From: Salisapilia sapeloensis CBS 127946
Taxonomy: Eukaryota > Protista > Oomycota
Assembly (NCBI GenBank): GCA_023334545.1
Contig: JAADVB010000009.1
Location: 62,001 to 126,000 of the forward strand
Direction: 5' to 3'
Length of the DNA: 64,000 nt
The position numbers and the translations under genes were made by a program. The notes under the pieces were generated by a model, which saw nothing but the letters and a program-made list of their open reading frames with translations, was not told the origin of the DNA and made no database searches. Positions 35,525-45,327 of the stretch are shown here, piece after piece (position 1 is the stretch's first letter; each line of letters starts with the position of its first letter).

Positions 35525-35576
35525 TGAAAATGAGTGAATAAACAAGTACTTGAGCAAATGTGCTTCTGTTTGTCTC

Positions 35577-36344
35577 TTAAAAAGAATTCTTGGCTTCACG
35601 CAAGATGCCCATGACTTTGACAGGGTCTGTCTCCCCCTTGGCAAAGCGTTGGACACCTGGCGTCGTCACGCGCATGAACGGATTCGTCTTCAATTCGTCT
35701 CCGACTGTCGATGGGATCGTGATTTCATTCTTCTCACGTTGCGCTTTCGCCCACTTCAGCTTGTTCTTAATGTCATCATTATCCGGTTCGACATGCGCCG
35801 CAAACTCCAAGTTCTTTACGGTGTACTCGTGACCACAGTACACTTTCGTGTCTTCTGGTAACTTGGCCACGACGTCATTCAAAGCGTAGTGCATTTCATC
35901 CGGTGAGCCCATGAAGAAGCGTCCACAGCCAGCGACAAAGAGTGTGTCACCAGTGAAAAGCGCGTCTTCACAGTGGTACAGCACATGGCCTCGGGTGTGG
36001 CATGGAGTGAAGTAGACGTTGGCTTCAAAGTCGCCAATCTTTACAGTGTCGTTGTGCTTGAGTTCGTGAGTGACAGCCAAGACACCATCACCACGACCGC
36101 CATAGACTGGAATGTCACGCTTCTCCTGTTGCTTTATAATGTCCAAAAGGTCAGCGTTTCCACCGGCATGATCTGCGTGGCAATGTGTGGTTAAGATAGT
36201 GGAAACTTGGACGTTTTGCTCTTTGGCGACATTGTAGACGGTCTCGGCCTCGACCGGGTCGACTGCCGCAGCCACACTGTTCTTGCGGTCGATGAGAAGG
36301 TAGGAGTAATTGTCCGAAAGAACGGAGATCGGGATCACTTCCAT
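35577..36344 (-). CDS. HAGH: Hydroxyacylglutathione hydrolase (glyoxalase II)
   Basis: DNYSYLLID, VDP.E, LTTHCHADHAGGN, TPCHTRGH, FTGDTLFVAGCGRFF, YCGHEYT.KNLEFA and E..TNPFMR. ATG 36344; possible upstream targeting exon (see findings). Confidence 0.96.
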   Translation of the reverse strand: MEVIPISVLSDNYSYLLIDRKNSVAAAVDPVEAETVYNVAKEQNVQVSTILTTHCHADHAGGNADLLDIIKQQEKRDIPVYGGRGDGVLAVTHELKHNDTVKIGDFEANVYFTPCHTRGHVLYHCEDALFTGDTLFVAGCGRFFMGSPDEMHYALNDVVAKLPEDTKVYCGHEYTVKNLEFAAHVEPDNDDIKNKLKWAKAQREKNEITIPSTVGDELKTNPFMRVTTPGVQRFAKGETDPVKVMGILREAKNSF

Positions 36345-36700
36345 TGCTTTCTTTATTGAGCCTAACAAAATAGGAATGAAAGTGAGCTACGTGAAATCTA
36401 ATAGCTTATGGCGGCATGTAGATTTTCTGGTGGTGCAGCTTATGATCCTCCGGATCCTTCTCCGTATTCAATTGTCATTATATGAGTGACGATCACTTGG
36501 AGGATGCAAGAGCACTCAGTTGTACAAGCACACCCTAGAAAATATATGTATGTGTGAATCCAAGATACCTCCAGTTAAACCTGCTTGGATGTGGTTGAGT
36601 CGACGAAGCATGCGCTCGATCAAAATGGAAATCTTGTGTTCGATATGACTCGTAATACCAGTATTTCAGATCACTATATTTTCAGTCAAATGATCTCACA

Positions 36701-39109
36701 TTAAAGATTACTTTGAAAATTGAAGATGCTAAGTGGTACAATATCGGCACACATCTGCTCGAGCTCCTCGACTTGGTTCCCTTGTGCTCCCTCTCTGCGT
36801 CGAGGCGAAGTAAATGGTTCGATAGGGATAGTTGGTGGTTTGACACCGACCGTTTCACGAGCTTGCTGGATGAGTGCGTCCGTTTGCGTCGTTGCATACA
36901 TATTTCGATTCCGTAGTACATCTTTGGCGTGCTGGTACCGATTCCGTTCATGTTGAACCATCAGCTTGACCATTTCATCCTCTTCTTTCAACCTCATGAG
37001 GCAACTTTCTCGGTCTTTTGTCAATGAAGCTAGTTTCGTCTGATCCTCCGCCTGCTTTTCTCCTTTTATCTTTCGAGCATACTCATCACGAAGTGACTTC
37101 TCCCTTTTCCGAACAAACTCGTATGTGATCGCTGCTTGTTTACTAGATGTCTGTCTCGCTTTCACTTCTCTCTCAGCAGCACATTTTAGTTGTTCAAAGT
37201 GTGTGGCCTCTAACATTGTTTTTGCTGCTCCTAACAACCCTCTCTTCTTGGCAATCTCTTCTGCCTCTTGTTTCAATCGAGCAGCATCCTTCTCACGTTG
37301 CTGACGTTGAGCCTGTATCTTTTCATTCAATTTCAGCACTCCTTTCCGATGATTTTCTTCTTCCTGTCTACGTCTATCAGCCAGCATTGCTTTTTTCTTT
37401 CGACGATTTTCTGCTGCAGTTTTCGCTTTCACGACGCGAAGACGAGAGATTGAGCTAGCTTTCTGTTCCAGCTCCATGTCCTTTTGCTGACGGAAAGTTT
37501 GGATCTGCTCTCGACGATCAGCTTCCCACTTTTGTTGCTCTACTTTCACCACCTTTAAACGTTCACGCAGTTCTGCTAGAGACATCTCATCCAGTAGACC
37601 AAGATGTGGACACTCCGTCGGGTCGAAAACAGGAGCATATTCCGGCCGCTCTTTTTCGAGAGCACGAATTTGACGAATAAGCTCTTCTCTTTGAGCTAGC
37701 TCGATTGCATCCTGCTCAAGTTTCTTCTTCCTTGCCTCTTCCAGCATCTCTTTCAATGCGTTATGTTGTCGAGCTTTTTCCTGCTGAATTCGATCCTCAG
37801 CTTCTCGTGGAGCGATCTCTCGATGCTGCTTCACTTCCGTCATCACCTGCCGATACTTGTCCACCAGTTGATCTTCTCCTTCCTTTCGCATAACATCTCG
37901 CTCCCTCGCCATCTCCTTCATCTGATTCGCTACGCTTTGGTTTTCCATTCGAGCTCGATGAGCTGCCTCGATCGCATTCTCTTGGGCCTGCACCATTTCC
38001 AGTCGGCGTTGCTCAATCTTGTCGCGAACCTCAGCAGCATCTTGCTGCTGCATTTTATGCTGCCACTCGTAAAACTCAAATGGATTCCGAAGTCCAACCT
38101 CATATGCCTTTAGTATCTCTGCCTCTTTTGCTTGCTTTTTCTTGATCAAAGCGTCTTCACGAAGGATAGCTGTGGCATTTAACCGGACTTCAGAGTTCTC
38201 CGTCACGGGGGTTTCTTTGAATAGCCAAGATGGCGGTGGTCTTGCTTTAAAGTCAAACTGAAGATGAGCCTCTCGCTCTGCTTCGACTTCCTGTCGTATC
38301 TTTTCCAAGTTACTACTAGCTGTGCTTTCAAATGTAAATTCTCCAGTGCTTTCATACTTTTTCGCGACTTCTTCCTTGACCTTTTGCTTCCGTTCTTCCT
38401 GCTGTTTGGAGATGTCCGCCAGAGTGACTTTATTCAAGGTCGATGGCACAGGTTTCGCCTTGATTCGACTTTCAATTCGTTCTGGCTCAACTGCCTTCCG
38501 AGGCTTTGGCTGTGTCAAATTGAAAGCAACAGGAATTGTCGTTGCTTTCTTCTCTTCTACAACGTCCGATGAAGATGGGGAGGCAGATTGAGATGGTCCG
38601 AACGCTTTGACATGTAACTGCTGAAGAAACTCTTTCATCGGTTCGTCAAATGACTCCATCGTCTTTATAAGCTTTCCATCGACAAAGTCATCATCTAGCA
38701 CTGTCTTCCATTGCTGTGCAATGGGCCCTTCCAGGTTCTTTCGGTCGAACAAGAAGTTCAGGAAAATGTACATGACATTAGCATTCGAAGCATTCACGAA
38801 CGCCATGAACTGTTTCATGCCTTGCTCCAGCATGAACATGGACATGTACGAGATGACTAGTAATGTCGTATAATGCTCTTTTCTATTGACACTACCAGCA
38901 TGGACTTGGAAGAAGTGAGACAGAAGGGACTTGAGGAGAGCTCGATATCGGTAGCAGCCATAGAGAATCTCATGCAGGAGCTGCCGATGGGCTTCCTCCG
39001 GCACTCGGTCTCGTAGAAACTCGTCTGCGTGACTGTCGATGGTAGTCTTCGCCGGATCAAAGGACTTGATCAAGTCTTCTGCAAGTCCTAAGAGCTCCTT
39101 CCGCTTCAT
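36701..39109 (-). CDS. CFAP99: Cilia- and flagella-associated protein 99-like
   Basis: EILYGCYRY..LL, FLNFLFD...W..VLDDDFV, TTIPVAFNLTQPKPR, KAKPVP, RLNATAILREDAL and EFYEWQ, followed by a long coiled coil. Confidence 0.8.
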   Translation of the reverse strand: MKRKELLGLAEDLIKSFDPAKTTIDSHADEFLRDRVPEEAHRQLLHEILYGCYRYRALLKSLLSHFFQVHAGSVNRKEHYTTLLVISYMSMFMLEQGMKQFMAFVNASNANVMYIFLNFLFDRKNLEGPIAQQWKTVLDDDFVDGKLIKTMESFDEPMKEFLQQLHVKAFGPSQSASPSSSDVVEEKKATTIPVAFNLTQPKPRKAVEPERIESRIKAKPVPSTLNKVTLADISKQQEERKQKVKEEVAKKYESTGEFTFESTASSNLEKIRQEVEAEREAHLQFDFKARPPPSWLFKETPVTENSEVRLNATAILREDALIKKKQAKEAEILKAYEVGLRNPFEFYEWQHKMQQQDAAEVRDKIEQRRLEMVQAQENAIEAAHRARMENQSVANQMKEMARERDVMRKEGEDQLVDKYRQVMTEVKQHREIAPREAEDRIQQEKARQHNALKEMLEEARKKKLEQDAIELAQREELIRQIRALEKERPEYAPVFDPTECPHLGLLDEMSLAELRERLKVVKVEQQKWEADRREQIQTFRQQKDMELEQKASSISRLRVVKAKTAAENRRKKKAMLADRRRQEEENHRKGVLKLNEKIQAQRQQREKDAARLKQEAEEIAKKRGLLGAAKTMLEATHFEQLKCAAEREVKARQTSSKQAAITYEFVRKREKSLRDEYARKIKGEKQAEDQTKLASLTKDRESCLMRLKEEDEMVKLMVQHERNRYQHAKDVLRNRNMYATTQTDALIQQARETVGVKPPTIPIEPFTSPRRREGAQGNQVEELEQMCADIVPLSIFNFQSNL

Positions 39110-39255
39110 GATTTTCGAGTATATGTACGTATATATTTATAGACCAAGAAAGAAACCAAGTATGGAACCAGAGATCCTATTTGTTCATTCCGGCCGATGC
39201 CAAGCACGACGTTTATGCAGGTCTTCCTACATTGAGGTTTATAACCTACGACAGC

Positions 39256-39879
39256 TTACGAACGCGGCTTCTCCTTCTTCTCCTTGTAGAGCGCAAGCAG
39301 ACCGACGCCAGAGACCTTGACGACCTTGAATCGGACACCGGGGATATCACCAACGGCGTGACCACGACGACCGAAACCGGCGATCAGGACTTCGTCGTTT
39401 TCGTCGACGAAGTTGAGGCAGCCATCACGCGGGACGAAGGCAGCAATCTTCTTCGAGTTCTTGATCAGCTGCACACGCGCACACTTACGAATGGCAGAGT
39501 TCGGCTGCTTGGCTTCGATACCACTACAAACACGAATGAGATGGATGACAATGCCGGTAGGAGGATTCTAAAGTACATTTTCTCGAGGACGATGCCCTTG
39601 GCCATGGAAGCACCACCAAGCGGGTTGGCCTTCATAGCCGTAATGGAGTGGCTCTTTTTGTAAGACTATAAAAATCAAACACGTTAGTCTCTACGTCCAT
39701 CCAATGCATGGTAAAGGTAACTACCTTCTGTGCCCAACGCTGCGCACGGCGGTGGACGCGGAGCTTACGAGCGCAACGGATTCCGGAAGGTTTGTCTACG
39801 TCATCGTCAGTTTATGTCCCTGCTGCAATACCTCCTCATGAATGGAGGTAGAAACGATGGCGAACGTACGCTTGCCCAT
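39256..39879 (-). CDS. RPS23: 40S ribosomal protein S23 (uS12); 4 exons
   Basis: [31 protein letters not shown]...[40 protein letters not shown]...KEKPRS*. First intron 39869-39796. Confidence 0.98.
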
Positions 39880-40040
39880 GATAGAAGGAGGTCTCTGGAA
39901 AGTGAGTGAGCAAAGTCGTGTACGAGCTCGAAAATGACTGGATGCCAAAGAGACCATTTCTAACAGATTTTCATAACGGTTAGTTTCGATCTGAGTCAAG
40001 CCAATCGGACGAGAGGGGGTGTCTGATAAAAGAAAAGAAT

Positions 40041-40349
40041 ATGGCCAAGAAGAAGAGCAAGGTCAAGACTGAGGTGACGCCGGCCAAGACCGAGATGACG
40101 CCGGCCGAGTCCGAGCAGGCGGGCAGCATGACTTGGCAGACGCAGCTGAGTATCGTCATCATCACTTCCTTCTTGGCGCAGCGAATTTGGATCTTGAGAG
40201 AGTTTTTCACGCAAGACTTGTACACGGATGAGCAGACGCCGATGGAGAGAAATTTGATTCAGGGATTCGAGTTCGTCGTTACTATGGGCATCGTCGTGCT
40301 TGTCGGATTTATCGTTGGCAAGGTCATTTCAAAGTTTGCTGGAGAGTAA
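40041..40349 (+). CDS. Small (102 aa) two-TM hypothetical protein
   Basis: Clean ATG-TAA ORF with strong GC3 bias and two hydrophobic segments. Internal 2 x 21-nt repeat at 40071-40112. Head-to-head with RPS23. Confidence 0.75.
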   Translation: MAKKKSKVKTEVTPAKTEMTPAESEQAGSMTWQTQLSIVIITSFLAQRIWILREFFTQDLYTDEQTPMERNLIQGFEFVVTMGIVVLVGFIVGKVISKFAGE

Positions 40350-41868
40350 TGTAGCAAAGTTTCCGTGTCAATATTCTTGCCTCGTTCAAGTGGATAGTCA
40401 GCTTCATACTTTGACAAGAAGATTGGATCGGCTTCTCGGGTTGAGTGCTGTGCACCAATTACATGGAATGAAAGGGCATTTTAAGTTGTGAACTAAAGAT
40501 GATTATCTATGTCTTACTCCAGCGACCATTATAATTGTCATTCCATCAGTCTATGTCGAAGTTGGCATGAATCGTTTTAGTCATAGTCGATCAAATGGTC
40601 AGTTGGTATGGCACGCTCAGTCAAGGTTACTCTGCAAATACGGATTGATAAAATTCGCATATAATCACTTACCTCTTAGTAGAGGATACCAGTTCAAGAG
40701 TGTACTCAATTTGCAAAACTAGATAAGCAGACTTATTGCTATCCTTAGTAGTCGAGATATTTTGATCACCACAAAGCTGCCCATCTTATCATGCTTTATG
40801 CAGATTGAGTTGCTGTTGTAGTAAAGCATTGTTGTACCGTTCTATTGCATCATTGCGATACTCCATTAACTACGGATTCAGGCATGCTTATCGTATGAGC
40901 ATGACAATTTCGAAAGTCTATCAATAGGTACGTAGGAACGGTGGAGCGGGCTAACAGAAGGATGCAGCAGCCTAGACTTTTCAAAAACATACTTCCAAAG
41001 GGTAAAATTTTGGCTAACATTCATGCAGTCGAAGTTTTCATGACCACAATCGTACGTTTTCATAGCTGAGATGAGGGCATTCAGGTAAATCAAACAGGCT
41101 TCCTCAATCAGTAGTCTATTTAAATCAAGAATAGATAACTGGAAGCAAATGTGGCACCAATCAAGTAACTATCCTTGTCTCCAAGTGGCAAAAATACTTT
41201 CAACGATCATCTAATCATGTACGGGCGATCATGTCTAGAAGATGTGTACTGCTTCGTATTTTTAATTATCTCGGCTAGTGTACGCACAGCGCTGCGTAGA
41301 GCAGCAGCGCAGTCAAATAGAAAATATCCATGTGTGTGTACTCGAATCGGATCCGAAATGGTATTTACTTGCTTCCCAGGATGCAACTTTAAATCCAAAT
41401 GAAAGAAGTATAGGTCCGAACATATTATAAAGCTAAGCACAATTAACACAATCTATTTGATCTATTCTTTAGTCTTTATCTTCCGACATCATCCACACGT
41501 ACCATAAGTTTTGCCTGGGTATAGCGCTAATGCAGAGTTTCCGAAGAAGACGTATATGGGCTTGTAGCAAACCAAGTGTTCCACAAACGGCTTCTCATGC
41601 CGCGCACGGACAAGAATAGCTACATTTGTACAAGTAAATATGAACAGAATTGCCGATGCGCTTCTACTTGAGAAGATTGACAAGTTCTGGTTCATGCACG
41701 TTGAAGTTTCGATGAAATCCAAATTTCTAAGCTGATCTAATCAGTTGGTCTTTCTTTCAATATGTCATCAACAACAAAATCGATCAACATGATCGACGTC
41801 GGACATGGAATTTTCGGATCGTATCGCAGCTCATTATTCAATCTTCTTTGACTGCGCTGACAACGAAC

Positions 41869-42628
41869 ATGGTTTTGAAACTCTACGCCAACCTCAAAAG
41901 CCAGCCTTGTCGTGCAGGTACTTGAAAGGCAATCAAATATGATATACGACGTCAATAACATCCGAATGCAGTCGCATGGATTGCTCAGCTGAAAGGCCTT
42001 AAGCATGAGATTATCACTACGTACCCGCCTCAGAGAACGACTCAGGAGTTCTGGAAGGTCAATCCCAATGGTCTTGTTCCGGCGATTGATGATGAGGGAT
42101 TCAGCCTGTTTGAAGGGTATGCTTATTTATAAAGCGCTTGGATATGCCTCGATCTAATCCGTGCACAGTAATGCGATCCTAACATATCTTGCAAACAAGC
42201 ATGGATGGTCGGATCTGTATCCAGAAGAAGTTCAAAAACGAGCAAAGGTTGACCAGTATTTGCATTGGCATCACGCCAATGCTCGAAAATGCACGACGCA
42301 TGTGATCCATCCTATGCTGCATCAGCAACAAGGTGTTGCCACTAAGGAAGAAGATGAACTGGAGAAGAAAAAGGCAGAAACGATTGGGCAGTGTGTGGAA
42401 AAGTTACAGCACTTTATGGGCGATCCGTACATTGCCGGCACGAACGAGCCGACTCTGGCGGATTTCAGTTGCTATACTGAGTTTGACCAGATTAAGAGTT
42501 TAGGCATCTTTGACTTTTCCAAGTATCCGCAATTTGACGCCTGGATGAAGCGAATGGAAAATATGCCGCTGCACAAGGAGATTCATGAGACAATGGAGGA
42601 TTTCCTCACGACGAACAATTTAAAGTAA
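41869..42628 (+). CDS. GSTT: Glutathione S-transferase, theta class, copy 1 (2 introns)
   Basis: MVLKLYANLKSQPCRA/VAW...VNPNGLVPAIDDEGFSLFEG/NAILTYL...VDQYLHWHH...TLADF. Introns 41918-41971 and 42117-42168. Confidence 0.92.
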
Positions 42629-42977
42629 AACTTCACGAGCACTTTTGTGAAACAAATGAAATGGAAGCAAATCTTTTCTTTGACAAGCTATAATGACTAT
42701 ATCTTCGGATCAACATCCGTTACACATACATCATCGCTGATGACGAATCATGCCAATTGCTACCTTTTAGACACTAAAACAGTGGTTTCACAGGAATGTT
42801 GACATCATCGAGAGCAGGTATAGTTTCGCCAAGTAGAGACCGTCGTCCATCGTAAAGGACACCGGATAGCTAACAATAGTTTACTAGAATTCTGTCTCGG
42901 CTGCTCTGTTTTGTCATCTCTGCGTCGCAACCGCCACGTGACCTCACTTTTCGATCTGCAGTCTACTACTCACCACG

Positions 42978-43631
42978 ATGTCTGTCAAATTTTACGGAAA
43001 CTACATTAGCCAGCCTTGCCGCTCGGTCCTATGGGTGCTCAAGTCCAAGGGTGTCGACTTTGACATGGAAACCATGAACTTTGGCTCGGAGATGTTCAAG
43101 AGCCCAGAATTCACCGGCATGAACCCCAACGGTCTCGTCCCGGTCCTCAAGGACGGCGATTTCTCCATGTTCGAAGGACTGGCCATCCTCCAGTACCTTG
43201 CTGAAAAGTTCCAGTGGACGGACCTCTACCCGGAGGACATCCAGAAGCGCGCCAAGGTCCAGCAGTACATGCACTGGCACCACACGGGTGCTCGCAAGAT
43301 GACGCTCGAGGTCGTTCGTCCGCTCCTCATGAAGTCTGCTGGCGCTGCCACGGAAGAGCACCTCAAGATGCTTGAGAAGAAGGATGAGACTATCACCAAG
43401 TACGTTGAGCTCATGGAAAAGTTCCTCGTGAAGCCGTACATTGCCGAGACGGAGGAGCCGACGATTGCCGATTACGCTGCATACTGTGAGTTTGACCAGT
43501 TGGAAGCACTCAAGCTGTTCGACTTCAGCAAGTATCCCGCCTTCTCGGCCTGGTTGGAGCGTATGAAGACTCTGCCCATGCACGATGAAGTCGGTGCGGA
43601 CATGCGTAACTTCTTTGGCGGATCCAAGTAG
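42978..43631 (+). CDS. GSTT: Glutathione S-transferase, theta class, copy 2 (intronless)
   Basis: SQPCRSV...MNPNGLVPVLKDGDFSMFEGLAILQYL...VQQYMHWHH...TIADY. Very strong GC3 bias. Confidence 0.95.
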   Translation: MSVKFYGNYISQPCRSVLWVLKSKGVDFDMETMNFGSEMFKSPEFTGMNPNGLVPVLKDGDFSMFEGLAILQYLAEKFQWTDLYPEDIQKRAKVQQYMHWHHTGARKMTLEVVRPLLMKSAGAATEEHLKMLEKKDETITKYVELMEKFLVKPYIAETEEPTIADYAAYCEFDQLEALKLFDFSKYPAFSAWLERMKTLPMHDEVGADMRNFFGGSK

Positions 43632-43853
43632 AGATAAGACAAACCTATCATCGCTCTGAATGTTTTCATGAGCATGTTTACTTTTAATTTTAGTTCATTG
43701 TCCGTTGCATGCAGTTTGTCGCTGCATCATCCCATAGTCCGCGGTGGTTTCTACGAGGAGATATCGAGGACTTGAAACTTCTTCCCACCCGTTCGGTAGA
43801 CTTTTTATCCATCTCCTGATTCTCCTAGGAAGGACTAGAGGCAAGCACTGGCA

Positions 43854-45141
43854 ATGAGGACTTCATGGCTACTAAACAGAGCGTTGTGGAAGGAAGATGG
43901 CTCTCTACCTGTTGGACTGCGTATAATGTCGATGTTGCAGCCGGAGGAGATACTGGTGCTATCTTGCCAACTCTCACATTGGATGACGGATGCAACCTCC
44001 AGTTCGACGATCTGGAAACAGTTGCTACTTCAATACTACCTTTCGACGCCATTTGCCAGTATCATGTCGAATAATGCCTCTGTATCGGCATGGAAGACTG
44101 TCTTTTATATCTCCGCCTTGTCGAGATCAATATGGAGGAACGAAGTTAGTATGATTCGACAACTTTCAAACCAAGTAACTCCGTCCGGCGCGCACGAGAT
44201 CAAGCCCATCAGAACACTTTCCGGCCGCCAGCTTCTTGTCGTTTCCAACTATCGTAGATATCTTTTGACGATTCCGATGAATGCTACCAGACGAGATAAA
44301 AGCCAAGGAATGGTCTATCTACGTGAACGGCTTCGAAATGTTCAAATTTCCAGGTCGAGCACAAGAAATCGACGAGTTAGTGATATTGGCGATGCTTCAA
44401 GTCGAGCAATGTCCAAAGTTTGGTCTGCTAGGAGACGACTGTCAGAGATGTATGGAATGAGAAGCACGGACAGCATGGTGTACCATGCCACGAGCGATTT
44501 ATCAGGCTCCATGATGTCATTAACGGATTCTTCATTGGTAATTGAAGGTCATGGGGTCTCGTCACATTTATGCTCCGTCGAAATCAACAACATTCATGTA
44601 TGTTTTGTCATTTATATCCATCGACAAGTACTTATCTTGTTCATGAACCTTGCAGGAAGTACGCATTGGCGGACAAGCACATACTTTTAGAGTCAAGTCT
44701 CTCTACGATGACCTAAAGATTACGATGTCATCGAAAGAAGGCGCGAAAGCATGGGTTTTTGCTATTCGAGCGTTGGGTGATCAATGGCAAAGCACACCAT
44801 GTACACCTAACGAAATTCCGTCGATGAGATCGCTCTTTGTTGGAAATGATGTCAAGCAGCTATCAGACACTGCAAAGCCTTCATCCAGGCTGAATACTTC
44901 GACTATAACTTCTTGGGTTGGGAACAAATTGCTAGGGAAGACGGACGACCAAGCTTGCCTTGAGGCTCGACTCTTATCAACTTCAGAAGATGAGCACATT
45001 GATACGAAAGTTGAGGCGTGGAAATCATTTACTGGGTTTTGCAAAAAGCTTAGCAGTGAACTATATGAGGACCCAGCCGAAGTAGAGGTGGTTCCAGTTC
45101 ATTTGGTAGACAATCAAGAAGGCCCAAGACTGTCCTTTTAG
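43854..45141 (+). CDS. Hypothetical protein with F-box-like N-terminus and PH-like C-terminal half; 2 exons
   Basis: Intron 44598-44655 joins two ORFs in frame. F-box-like: LPVGLRIMSMLQPEEILVLSCQLSHW...IWKQLL. PH C-terminal strand/helix: FRVKSLYDDLKITMSSKEGAKAWVFAIRAL. Confidence 0.65.
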
Positions 45142-45327
45142 TAAACATTGAATTCTATCACTACTTTGAAGCTAATGAAGCGCGTTCTTAAGCATGACGC
45201 TATGAAACGGTTTCAATCACATAAATGCTATCCGATACATAGCAACGGCATGCGTGTGACAAAGGCACTCTTGTATTTTTAAGAAAACGTCAAACGCTAT
45301 GTCGGTCATAGGCAGGCATGGTAAGAC

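Noticed and set aside
39810-39845. Box C/D snoRNA in RPS23 intron 1 (ATGAGGA...CTGA)
   Set aside because: The boxes are only about 22 nt apart, too short for a snoRNA.
40400-41800. Possible cryptic or decayed gene (scattered GTACG and CTAAC motifs, short ORFs)
   Set aside because: I could not build a phase-consistent model or recognise a domain. It is unresolved and needs RNA-seq or BLASTX.
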